From NCBI GenBank assembly GCA_039208735.1, contig JBCCQY010000155.1, positions 1-22,579 of the forward strand: DNA of 22,579 bases. The letters run 5' to 3'. A program made the translations under genes and the position numbers. Shown piece by piece: positions 8,662 through 17,245 of the stretch. Numbering within the stretch: position 1 is the stretch's first letter; each line of letters opens with the position of its first letter. This DNA comes from Myxococcota bacterium. Its GTDB lineage: Bacteria; Myxococcota_A; UBA796; GCA-2862545. The notes under the pieces are model-generated. The model saw nothing but the letters and a program-made list of their open reading frames with translations, was not told where the DNA came from and searched no databases.

Positions 8662-9453
8662 TCACCATCGTATCGAAAACCCTACGACCGCGAGACCAAA
8701 TCCCACGCCGCCGAGGACACTTCCTGCTGCGTACCGTCGATTGGCTTGCCCCCGCGCTAGAGGTCTCTCGGCGGCGGGCAGGGTGCCATCCTTGAGGTCG
8801 GCCTCGAGGCGAGCCGCGGAAACCATGGTTGCGGCGCCCACGGCAAGCAGTCCAACGCCTGCGAGACCGGTGACAACCCGCCTTGCGGTCGAACGTCGGC
8901 GTGGGTCGAGCGTATCGAAGTCCAGCGTCGGCACGTCTTCGGGGCGAAAGTAGTACCCGGTGTGCACGAGCAGGCCTTTGCGTGACTGTGCGTGCAGCAC
9001 GAAGGCGCGTGACAGCGGAACTTCGTCCGTGCGTTCGCCGTCCACGAGCCAGCCCCCCCGAGAACGCTGGGTGAGGGGCACGGTGCTCGAGTCAGGCGTT
9101 GCCGCCTCGTAGACCGTCCAGATCCCATGGCCGGGGCCGAACCGCCGAGAATCGGGCTGGAGCGTGGGATCGAGGGCTCGAAGCGCGGCCCATGCGCGGG
9201 TCGACGCATCACGGTCCCGATCGGCATACGCGATGAGGGCCATCGCACGATGCAAAACGCGCAGGGTCGCTGGTGCCATCGGTCGATCGACGCAGGGAAG
9301 CCCCTTGCGAAGGCCGTCCCGCGCAGCTTCGAGCAGGTCTGCATCCGACGCGTCGAAGGCTTGCATCACCTGTCGCGCTTCGACGAGCAGTTGCTCTTCA
9401 GGTTGTTCCGGGCAGTTAGCGAATGCCGTCGATGCCCAGAGGAAGCCCCACAT
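8662..9453 (-). CDS. Hypothetical exported/membrane protein (short signal peptide, helical TPR-like segment, two C-terminal hydrophobic segments)
   Basis: ATG 9453 has a GGAGA SD and reads MWGFLWASTAFA-NC. Two Gly-rich hydrophobic stretches lie near the C-terminus. The ORF fills the gap between neighbours. Confidence 0.65.
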   Translation of the reverse strand: MWGFLWASTAFANCPEQPEEQLLVEARQVMQAFDASDADLLEAARDGLRKGLPCVDRPMAPATLRVLHRAMALIAYADRDRDASTRAWAALRALDPTLQPDSRRFGPGHGIWTVYEAATPDSSTVPLTQRSRGGWLVDGERTDEVPLSRAFVLHAQSRKGLLVHTGYYFRPEDVPTLDFDTLDPRRRSTARRVVTGLAGVGLLAVGAATMVSAARLEADLKDGTLPAAERPLARGQANRRYAAGSVLGGVGFGLAVVGFSIRW

Positions 9454-9557
9454 CGTGTGGTCTCCAAGTCGGACCGATTTTCCCCGTCGGTCACGGGCCA
9501 CGATAGGTACCCCATCGAGGCGATGGCTGCCGGAAACTGGCCCATCGTGGAGGTCTG

Positions 9558-10001
9558 ATGCTTCAATTCGGTGAACCCATTCCGGGGGCTCGGCGGCGCC
9601 CCGGGGCTTATGGGATCATCCACGACCCCAGCCGAGGGTTGGCGCTCGTGACGGCGGGCGGCGGTGGGCTGCACGTCCCTGGGGGCGGCATCGAGGCGGG
9701 AGAGGACGACCGTGATGCGGTCGTTCGCGAAGTGGCCGAAGAGACGGGTTTGACGGTGGAGGTCATCGAACGGATCGGGGTGGTTCGTCAGGCCATCGGC
9801 CACCTCAACAAGGTGTCTCACTACCTGTGGTGCCGCGTACTTACCGAGGGGGGGCCTCATGAGCCCGACCACGAGCTGTTGTGGCACCCGTGGGAGGACG
9901 CGGCTCGGTCGTTGGAGTTGGGGGCGGATCGGTGGGCGATCGCCACGTGGGCGAAGGCTCGAGGATACGACGCCAGCTGGCGCGGGAGGCCCCATGCGTA
10001 A
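9558..10001 (+). CDS. NUDIX hydrolase
   Basis: Nudix box GGIEAGEDDRDAVVREVAEETG (GX5EX7REUXEEXG). GGAGG SD upstream. Confidence 0.92.
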   Translation: MLQFGEPIPGARRRPGAYGIIHDPSRGLALVTAGGGGLHVPGGGIEAGEDDRDAVVREVAEETGLTVEVIERIGVVRQAIGHLNKVSHYLWCRVLTEGGPHEPDHELLWHPWEDAARSLELGADRWAIATWAKARGYDASWRGRPHA

Positions 10002-10605
10002 GCCCACCGGACACCCCTTGCTCGCGCGACTCATCGACTGGACGATGGCGCCCCTGGATGCCGTCCGAGGGAAGTTGGTGCCGCACGCCCGGGGCGAGGT
10101 CCTCGAAATCGGGTTTGGGACTGGCCTCAACCTGCCTCACTACAACTTTGACCAGGTGCGCTCTCTGACCGCCATCGAGCCCGATCCCCACATGCGCGTG
10201 CGCGCCGAGGCCAGGGTGGAGCGGCTGGCATTGCCCGTGACCCTCGTAGAGGGGTTCGCCGAATCCTTGCCCTTCGAAACCGCAACGTTCGACGAAGTGG
10301 TCATGACCTTCACCCTGTGCACCGTGAAGGATCCCAAGGCGGCGCTCGCGGAAATTCGGCGAGTCTTGCGCCCTCAAGGGGTACTGCGCTTCGCGGAGCA
10401 TACCGTGTCGGATCATGGCGCCACGCGAGCCTTTCAACACGCCATTGACCCCGTCTGGGCCCACTTTGCGGGCGGGTGCCACGTGGTGCGGGATGCGGCT
10501 CACCTCATTGGCGAAGCCGGGTTTTCGATCGACACGCTCTATGGCCACGGTCGTCGGCCTTTCAACCCCACGCCGGTACATCGGGGTCAGGCCCTCCGCA
10601 CGTAA
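9994..10605 (+). CDS. Class I SAM-dependent methyltransferase (Methyltransf_11-like)
   Basis: Motif I VLEIGFGTGLN, then AESLPFETATFDEVV, LCTV and EIRRVLRPQG. ATG 9994 has a GGGAGG SD and overlaps the NUDIX 3' end by 8 nt. Confidence 0.92.
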   Translation: MRKPTGHPLLARLIDWTMAPLDAVRGKLVPHARGEVLEIGFGTGLNLPHYNFDQVRSLTAIEPDPHMRVRAEARVERLALPVTLVEGFAESLPFETATFDEVVMTFTLCTVKDPKAALAEIRRVLRPQGVLRFAEHTVSDHGATRAFQHAIDPVWAHFAGGCHVVRDAAHLIGEAGFSIDTLYGHGRRPFNPTPVHRGQALRT

Positions 10606-10611
10606 ACCTCA

Positions 10612-12879
10612 TCAGTTTTCCGGGAACGCGGTCCAGCCCTCGAGCCACGTGTGTTTGGTGCCCGGCCGGGTTGCTCCGAGCCAGGTGGCTGCCGCATCCC
10701 AGAACTCTTCGTCGGGTAGCGGAGTCGCGCCTCGCGCCGCCGGGGAGTGGCCCGGTGGCGTGAAGTCGGGGGCCGAGATGTCCATCGTGCCGCCATCCAC
10801 GAGCTCCAGAGCCCCGGGCCACCCGCTCTCGATGAAGCCCCCGTCATCGTCTTCCTCCTTGGGGAAGGGGGTGCGCCCATCTTCGCCAAGGCCATACATC
10901 ACGCCAGGCCCGAGCGTGAGCCGACCCTGTCGAGCAAGCTCAGCGGTGCTCGCATCGCCAACGTCGGCCACCCCTCTCCGGAACCCACCAATGACCACGT
11001 TTTCGATGCGGCCGGCGGTCCCGCGACGCAACACGAGGGCCCGCTGAGACACCCGATCGTTGCGGGAACCGAGGAGGGTGAGGTGCGAAAGTCGAGGTTC
11101 GGAGCGGGGCGTGGCCTTGCTGTTCTCTTCGAGGTTGTCAGCTTCGATCGCGTTCTGCCCGCGTTCGTCGCCCAACTGCACGATGATGAACTGGGCCCGG
11201 CCCCTCCACCCCTGATCCCAATCGAGTCCATCGTCGCCGGGCTCTGTGATCACGACATGAGAGAGGTCGGCGGTGCCCCCGAACAGCTCCACTCCGTCGT
11301 CGAGGCCCTGGTGGACCTGGACGTGCCGAACGATGGTACGCCGCCCACAACCGCCGAGTGTCAGGCCATTCAGTTCGCTGTTCGCCCAGGCTTCGAACCC
11401 TGAGAACTCGATGCGGACGTATTCGAGGACCCCACAGTTGGATTCGGGGTCGTCGCCTCCATAGGCACCGCGTGGATCTTCGGGGTTGACTCCTTCGATT
11501 CGTCCATCCCCCACATTGACTGGCGCAGAACCGAGCAACACCACACCGCCCCAGTCGCCCGGAGCCCGTTGGCCGACTGGCTGGGCCGACGTGAACACCA
11601 CGGGGGCGTCGGGGCGACCCTCGGCACGAACCGTCGCGGTCTGGGTAACGACCAAGGCCGAACCTTCTTCCCCGCGTACCTCAGTTCCGGCTTGGATGGT
11701 CAGCGTGCCCTCTTCAACGAAGACGGGCTCGGTCAACACATAGATGTTTTCGGGGGTCCATTCATTGGTTCCCGTGAGCACGCCGTCGACCTCAACCAGC
11801 TCTGGCGAGCGGGTGGCCCATGCCGCGATGACCCCAGCGGCCAAGGCGACCAAGAAGAGCGACGCCGCCGCTCCCAACGCAAGTCCGAGGCCCCACCCCC
11901 GACCTTGTGCGGTGTCGGTCGGCCAGTCGACGCCAGAAATCGAGGAGACGGAACGAAGGCTGCGCGGGGGCGCCGAGCCAAGCGACGTTGTCGTGATGGG
12001 GTCGCCCGTCACGTGGCGGTGGATGATCTGCAGGTCTCTCGCCACCTCGAAAGCCGAGCTGTAGCGGTCGGCTCGGTTCTTTGCGAGGCATCGTTGGATA
12101 ATGTTGTCGAGACCCTCTGGGAACTGCCCCTCGGGCAGCGCGTCGCGAAGCTCCGAAGGGGGCTCCTGCAGATGCGTAAGCAAGATGCCCGCGGTGGTGG
12201 TGCGGGGGTCGAACGGCTTTTTGCCGGTGAGCATCAGGAACAAGGTGACGCCCAGCGCGTAGATGTCCACGCGGCCATCCAAGGCATCGCCTCGAATCTG
12301 CTCGGGTGCCATGTAGGCCGGGGTGCCGAGTAAAATCCCTTTTTCGGTTTGATCCGACTCGATCCGAAGGTCCTTGACGAGGCCCCAGTCGACCACCTTG
12401 ATCCACTCTCGTCCGTCGGCCGAATGGGTGAGCAAGAGGTTTTCGGGCTTGAGATCGCGATGGACCAAGCCGCGGGCGTGGGCCTCTTGCAGGCTGTCGC
12501 AAATCTGTAGTGCGAAATCCAACGCACGAGGGGTGATCAAAGGCCCTTGCTTGAGCAGCGCAGACAGAGGTTCGCCCTCGATGAATTCCATCACCAGATA
12601 CGATTGGCCGTCCCACCAGCCATAGTCGATGATGCGAACGGTGTGGGGCGACGTCAATGCTGCGAGCGAGGCCGCCTCTCGTCGGAAGCGGTCGGCCCAC
12701 TCTTGCGACGGTTCGATGGTACCCACATCCAGGAACTTTACCGCCACCTTTCGCCCGAGCGGCACCTGTTCGGCGGCGTAGACCCGACCCATCGCGCCCC
12801 GAGCGAGCAGCTCACGGACCACGAACCGGTCGCCGACCAGGCGTCCGATCAGCTCGTCGACATGTGGAGGATGGTCCAT
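10612..12879 (-). CDS. Transmembrane Hanks-type Ser/Thr protein kinase with a C-terminal extracytoplasmic beta-helix-like domain
   Basis: Kinase motifs LARGAMGRVY, VAVK, HRDLKPEN, DWG, GTPAYMAPEQ and DIYALG. One TM helix at ~11815-11890. The C-terminal ~390 aa contains PVVFTS, GDWGGVVLLG, YVRIEFSG, DDGVELFGG and DDGLDWDQGW. Confidence 0.92.
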   Translation of the reverse strand: MDHPPHVDELIGRLVGDRFVVRELLARGAMGRVYAAEQVPLGRKVAVKFLDVGTIEPSQEWADRFRREAASLAALTSPHTVRIIDYGWWDGQSYLVMEFIEGEPLSALLKQGPLITPRALDFALQICDSLQEAHARGLVHRDLKPENLLLTHSADGREWIKVVDWGLVKDLRIESDQTEKGILLGTPAYMAPEQIRGDALDGRVDIYALGVTLFLMLTGKKPFDPRTTTAGILLTHLQEPPSELRDALPEGQFPEGLDNIIQRCLAKNRADRYSSAFEVARDLQIIHRHVTGDPITTTSLGSAPPRSLRSVSSISGVDWPTDTAQGRGWGLGLALGAAASLFLVALAAGVIAAWATRSPELVEVDGVLTGTNEWTPENIYVLTEPVFVEEGTLTIQAGTEVRGEEGSALVVTQTATVRAEGRPDAPVVFTSAQPVGQRAPGDWGGVVLLGSAPVNVGDGRIEGVNPEDPRGAYGGDDPESNCGVLEYVRIEFSGFEAWANSELNGLTLGGCGRRTIVRHVQVHQGLDDGVELFGGTADLSHVVITEPGDDGLDWDQGWRGRAQFIIVQLGDERGQNAIEADNLEENSKATPRSEPRLSHLTLLGSRNDRVSQRALVLRRGTAGRIENVVIGGFRRGVADVGDASTAELARQGRLTLGPGVMYGLGEDGRTPFPKEEDDDGGFIESGWPGALELVDGGTMDISAPDFTPPGHSPAARGATPLPDEEFWDAAATWLGATRPGTKHTWLEGWTAFPEN

Positions 12880-13091
12880 CCGACGCTATCTCCTTGCATA
12901 AAAAGTCATGCTTGAAGCTTGGTTTACGGTGAGAGGCGGACAACCCGGGACGACAAACTTCGTGGCCGGCTTCGAGACGAGGGAATACGGGTCTGAACGC
13001 TTGTTCAAGCGCCAGGCCACCGAGTGTCCGAATCGGTCGAATACTGGCGTGGACCATCACTAGCTCGACTCGCTTGCCGGAGGATTGCCTG

Positions 13092-13574
13092 ATGTTTTTG
13101 CCGAACGTGGACTCGCGCACGCGCACTTATTTACTGGATGAGTTTCAGCGCGATGTCAATGCGGGCCGGCTTCACGTTCCCATGGATCTGACCAAGGAGG
13201 GGACAGGGGATTGGCCGGTCCTGTTGCAATTGACGCTGATGGAGAGCGGCCCCGATGCACTTGCGCAACATCTCCGCCACCGTGGGCGAATGCGAGATCC
13301 GCGCAAGGCAATCGCGTTGGCCCACGCTGAGTACCGGCGGTTGTATTGTCGTGCGATCTGCCGCCGGGCGATCGATGACGGTCAGCCTGAAGTCCAGGTC
13401 ATAGGTCCGAAACAGGGTGGCCCCGCGCGAATTGAGGCCCGTTCGCTTCTCGGGGCGCTACGCGCGTTTCCCGATACGCCAGCGGGTCTTCCGGGGCTTC
13501 CCAATACCGAAGCGGTTGTCGCCATTCCAGATGTGAATTCCGATGTGAATCAGAAGTCCACGCTCGCTGCCTAA
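13092..13574 (+). CDS. Hypothetical cytoplasmic protein (160 aa) ending in -LAA
   Basis: ATG 13092 has a GGAGGA SD. Globular-looking composition with LAHAEYRRLYCRAICRRAIDDG. Divergent from the kinase gene. Confidence 0.7.
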   Translation: MFLPNVDSRTRTYLLDEFQRDVNAGRLHVPMDLTKEGTGDWPVLLQLTLMESGPDALAQHLRHRGRMRDPRKAIALAHAEYRRLYCRAICRRAIDDGQPEVQVIGPKQGGPARIEARSLLGALRAFPDTPAGLPGLPNTEAVVAIPDVNSDVNQKSTLAA

Positions 13575-14203
13575 GGAGGTCCGTCCGTTTCCGTTCCGCG
13601 CTCCGGAGCACGAAAGTGCAGCCGTCGTAGCGCACGATTCGAAAAGCCATCGAACGCCTGCTCCTTGTGTCGCTCTACGAGCACATTGCACAGCTCGAGC
13701 GCCGAGGGGCTATCCACGGTGCACCACCATTGTCGGCCGTTCTCCCCATCGGAGACGCTGTAGATTGGATCGTCGCCCAGGCCATCGAGCGCTTGGCCGC
13801 AGGGTAAGAGCCCGGGATCGACGCCAATATCGCGAAGTACGGTGGAGGCGACGAGCCGAGGGCGATCGCCTAGGATCTTCAACCATCCGCCAAGATGGTC
13901 GAGGTTGGGGCTTCGCACGACGGCCGCACACCCCGCGCTTCCGCACAACGGTTGGAGAGGAAGGTCGCAAGCACTCGTGATCGCCTCGATCTGTCGCACA
14001 AAGGCGGCTTGTCGGGGCTCTGGAGGTGGCGTTGGCGTCGTGGGGGGAGCTGCCACGGGGGCAACGGACCGAAGGTCACGCGACGGTTGCATCTGGCGAG
14101 CCGCGCGAGGGGGAGAGACGGAGCTGCGGGGCGCCCACCACCCAAGCCCCAACGCGAGGGCCCCCGACACCGCGAGGGCAACCAGCATGTGTCGACGCGC
14201 CAT
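13571..14203 (-). CDS. Hypothetical membrane-anchored protein (N-terminal TM, Pro-rich linker, 6-Cys domain)
   Basis: ATG 14203 has a GGAG SD and reads MARRHMLVALAVSGALALGLGWW. A PPTTPTPPPEP linker is followed by six Cys. The track's longer start would overlap the J-domain gene on the opposite strand. Confidence 0.65.
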   Translation of the reverse strand: MARRHMLVALAVSGALALGLGWWAPRSSVSPPRAARQMQPSRDLRSVAPVAAPPTTPTPPPEPRQAAFVRQIEAITSACDLPLQPLCGSAGCAAVVRSPNLDHLGGWLKILGDRPRLVASTVLRDIGVDPGLLPCGQALDGLGDDPIYSVSDGENGRQWWCTVDSPSALELCNVLVERHKEQAFDGFSNRALRRLHFRAPERGTETDGPP

Positions 14204-14272
14204 GCGCTGCTCCAGGGTTCCGCTACGGGCTATCCCATCGTCCTGCACGTTACCGTGCGTGCGAGGTGCGCC

Positions 14273-15070
14273 TTGGACGATCCCTTCGCGATTCTCGAAG
14301 TCCCGCGAGATGCGACCGATGCCGACATCAAACGGGCGTACCGACGGCTCGCGAAGGTCCACCATCCCGATCGGCATGAAGGAGACCCCGAAGCCGCCGA
14401 TCGATTCAAACGCATTGCGCAGGCGTTCGAGACGCTTTCGGACCCAGAACGGCGGGCCACCTGGTTGCGCGCCAATGCGACCTCCGCGGGAGGGTGGCCG
14501 GAGCACTTCACCGCGACGGTGGAAGATGCGGTAGCGCGCGCCCAGACCTACCTCGAACGGCAGGTATTACCGCACTATGCCCAGTATTTTCGAGGTGCGG
14601 GAGCGGAAGCGGCGGTTCGCTTGTGGCGCGATGCGGAGAAGCTGGTCGACATTGCTCATCTCGCGGATGCGGAGCCCTCTGGAGTTTGGGCCGAGCGGCG
14701 AGCCGCGTGGTGGAGTCGACGCATCGAGGTCACCATGGAGGATTGGCCGATGGCGCAGGCCAGCCACCGCTTAAGGCTGCGCAACGGTGCTCATCGCATC
14801 GTCGTACTGCCCTTTGCGCTGTGGCACGGGGGGATGCGGGAGCCCGCCAACGTTGACGAGGCCGTGCTGAGGCTCCTCATCGCCCGGTACGCCCAGATCT
14901 GGGGCGACCGTTCCGGAGCCCTTTCGTTCGCCTCCTCCGAGGAGGGGATCATACGGGCGAGATCCGTCGACGATCTTGAGGTTCGCCAACGGCGCGTCAG
15001 CGCACTGTTGACGACCGGTTTGGTCCTGTTCGCGACCCTTCTCGTCTACTCTGGGCTCGCAGGTTGGTAA
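14273..15070 (+). CDS. J-domain (DnaJ class C) protein with a C-terminal transmembrane anchor
   Basis: DPFAILEV...IKRAYRRLAKVHHPDRH...FKRIAQAFETLSDPERR with an intact HPD. TTG 14273 has a GAGGTG SD. C-terminal TM ALLTTGLVLFATLLVYSGLAGW. Confidence 0.88.
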   Translation: MDDPFAILEVPRDATDADIKRAYRRLAKVHHPDRHEGDPEAADRFKRIAQAFETLSDPERRATWLRANATSAGGWPEHFTATVEDAVARAQTYLERQVLPHYAQYFRGAGAEAAVRLWRDAEKLVDIAHLADAEPSGVWAERRAAWWSRRIEVTMEDWPMAQASHRLRLRNGAHRIVVLPFALWHGGMREPANVDEAVLRLLIARYAQIWGDRSGALSFASSEEGIIRARSVDDLEVRQRRVSALLTTGLVLFATLLVYSGLAGW

Positions 15071-15106
15071 GGTGCACCCAGCGCCGGGGATGGGAGCACA
15101 GCGACG

Positions 15107-15679
15107 ATGTACGGCTTGGTCATGGCGGGGGCTTTCTTCAGCAGCCCCGCTCACGCACAGGCGGACGCCGAAGGGGCCAGTGAACCGCGCGTCCGGCTGA
15201 CCGCTCGCGGCGGCTACACCAACTACTCCCGGCTGCATTTCGTGACCGGCGAGGCCGAGGTCGCGTTCCGCGTGGTCTCGAAGCTTCATGTGGTCGCAGG
15301 TGCAGCGGTCTACGGGGTTCAACTCACCCCTCCCGTGCAGCGGCAGCTCGAAACAGGGAAGCTCAAGGAATGGGCGGCTCTTGCGCCATTTCACGCGGGC
15401 GTTCGTTTCCAGTTCCCCGTTCTAAGCAACGAGTTGTACCCCTTTGTTGGCGCCGACCTTCTCACGGGCCGGTACTACCAGTCCGATGACGGCGGCGCCT
15501 GGGCGTTGGGAGCACGTCTTCGGGGAGGCGTGGATTGGATGTTCCTCGACCCACTCGGCCTGCACGCCAACGTCGGTTTTGGGGTTTGGACGGGCGACCG
15601 TTGGGGAGAGTTGGCCACCGGGCTTCCGACAACCGGGGTGTTGCCACAGCTTTCGGTTGGTCTGACCTACGCGCTCTGA
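15107..15679 (+). CDS. Small outer-membrane beta-barrel protein (OmpA/OmpW-like)
   Basis: Signal peptide ending AHA-Q. Alternating amphipathic strands (YPFVGADL, GARLRGGVDWMF, LHANVGFG). Terminal strand LSVGLTYAL. Confidence 0.7.
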   Translation: MYGLVMAGAFFSSPAHAQADAEGASEPRVRLTARGGYTNYSRLHFVTGEAEVAFRVVSKLHVVAGAAVYGVQLTPPVQRQLETGKLKEWAALAPFHAGVRFQFPVLSNELYPFVGADLLTGRYYQSDDGGAWALGARLRGGVDWMFLDPLGLHANVGFGVWTGDRWGELATGLPTTGVLPQLSVGLTYAL

Positions 15680-15856
15680 TCGCGTGACAGCCTCGTCGTC
15701 CGTTGGAGAACAGCAACACGACGAGGCACCCACCCCGGCGGGACACGCTTGGGTTCGGCGATCGATCCGACGAGAAGCGTCAAGACATCGCATAGCGGGA
15801 GTCGATCGGGCCCGGACAAGCCGTTAGAGGCCGGAGGCTGCCGCAGGAGCGCTGAT

Positions 15857-17242
15857 TTGTACCTCGTGTTGATGCTAGCGGGTCTTGCCGACGCCGCGGA
15901 AGTCCAGTTCGAAGGGTTCTATCGAGCGAGGGCTCGCGCGTTCGACTCGCTATCGCTGGTTCCCCCTGCCCAAGACGCGTCTCAGGGCGCCTCGTTGTTT
16001 GCCCAGCATCGGTTGTGGCTTCGGCCACGATTCGTGCTGACAGACGAGGTGTCGCTCTACACCGAGTTTCGGGGGCTCGATGGGGTCCTGTGGGGTGGCG
16101 AAACGGCTCCAGAGGCGGTGTTCGCCGAGGATCTCGCGGCGCTTGACGCCGATGGCTACGAGCAGGTCTTCGAGCTGACCCATGGCCGGGCCGCCTTGCG
16201 CGATGCCAGCCGGTCGCCCTTTTCGATCTGGCGGGCGTGGGGTGAGGTCAACACCGACATTGGTCGGTTCACCTTTGGTCGCGTGCCGTTGCACTGGGGC
16301 ATGGGCATCTGGCTGAACGATGGCCTCTCCACGATGCCGATGTTCAGCGATTTTGGCGATACCACCGACCGCCTGATGTGGGAACAGCTCTTCCAATCCG
16401 TCTTCGTGCGGTTCGCGGTCGATGTGCCGCTCGAGGGGCTCCTCGGCGAGTCGGATGATCGCTACGCGCTGACCGGGGCGGTGGCCTACCGCACCGAAGA
16501 CATCGAGGCCGGCTTGCTCGTCCAGTACGACCGGACCGAGGGGGTGGGACAAGAGGGCGGAGACCCGTTTGGGCTTGGCATCTTCACCGCCGATGGCACG
16601 GTCGACGCGTCGTTGGGCCCGATTTCCGCCGAGGCTGAAGCGGTGGTGCACATCGGTCAAACGCCCGACACCTCGATCCAGCAGAACGAAGCAAACCGTT
16701 CGGTGTTCGCAGTGGGAGCCGCCGCGGAGTTGTCGCTCGATGCTGACCCGTTCGCGTTGTCGCTTATGGGGGGCTTTGCATCGGGCGATCAGCCAGGCCG
16801 AGATGACACGACCCGTCGGTTCCGGGGTTTTGCGTTCGATCCCGACTTCTCGCCTGGGCTCTTCATGTTCGAGCAGCCCTTGCCCACGGTCACCCTCGCG
16901 CCGGGGGCCGAAGATCCGCGCACGCCGGGCCAAGTCGCGAACGCGATTTTCGTGTCACCCAAGGTGTCGCGTCGTCTGGTGGAAGGCCTCACCGCCGAGG
17001 CATCCTGGCTGTTCGGAACGACCGCACGACGTCTTGATCAGGCGGGTGAGCGAGCCACCTACGGCAACGAGTTCCAGATCGGAGCCCACTACGACGGCAT
17101 CCAACACCTTCGCCTCGACGGACGAGCGGCGGTGTTCCTGCCGGGTTCGGTCTACACAACGCAGGCGCTCGATGACGATGGCAACGTATCGTTTAGCCGG
17201 ACCTCGTTTGGGTTCCAGCTAGGTGCCCGAATCGATTTCTAG
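15857..17242 (+). CDS. Large outer-membrane beta-barrel/porin-like protein (alginate-export-like or myxobacterial TIGR04551-like; family uncertain)
   Basis: TTG 15857 has an AGGAG SD. Short signal peptide, then FEGFYRAR, IWRAWGEV...GRFTFGRVPLHWGMGI. C-terminal GFQLGARIDF ends in Phe, consistent with a BAM signal. Confidence 0.75.
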   Translation: MYLVLMLAGLADAAEVQFEGFYRARARAFDSLSLVPPAQDASQGASLFAQHRLWLRPRFVLTDEVSLYTEFRGLDGVLWGGETAPEAVFAEDLAALDADGYEQVFELTHGRAALRDASRSPFSIWRAWGEVNTDIGRFTFGRVPLHWGMGIWLNDGLSTMPMFSDFGDTTDRLMWEQLFQSVFVRFAVDVPLEGLLGESDDRYALTGAVAYRTEDIEAGLLVQYDRTEGVGQEGGDPFGLGIFTADGTVDASLGPISAEAEAVVHIGQTPDTSIQQNEANRSVFAVGAAAELSLDADPFALSLMGGFASGDQPGRDDTTRRFRGFAFDPDFSPGLFMFEQPLPTVTLAPGAEDPRTPGQVANAIFVSPKVSRRLVEGLTAEASWLFGTTARRLDQAGERATYGNEFQIGAHYDGIQHLRLDGRAAVFLPGSVYTTQALDDDGNVSFSRTSFGFQLGARIDF

Positions 17243-17245
17243 TTC

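Noticed and set aside
3589..8953. Many 100-280 aa ORFs overlapping the giant transporter gene
   Set aside because: These are antisense or off-frame shadows with Arg/Pro/Ser-rich, non-globular composition.
13895..14506. Apparent ~600-bp antiparallel overlap between the 311-aa minus ORF and the 391-aa DnaJ ORF
   Set aside because: It disappears when the SD-supported starts (ATG 14203 on minus, TTG 14273 on plus) are used. The genes are simply divergent with a 69-bp gap.
15680..15856. Imperfect hairpin (ACGCTT...AAGCGT) in the leader of the large beta-barrel gene, considered as a possible riboswitch
   Set aside because: I could not recognise conserved motifs of cobalamin, TPP, c-di-GMP or other riboswitches, and this much pairing is expected by chance at this GC content. 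An Rfam/Infernal search would settle it.
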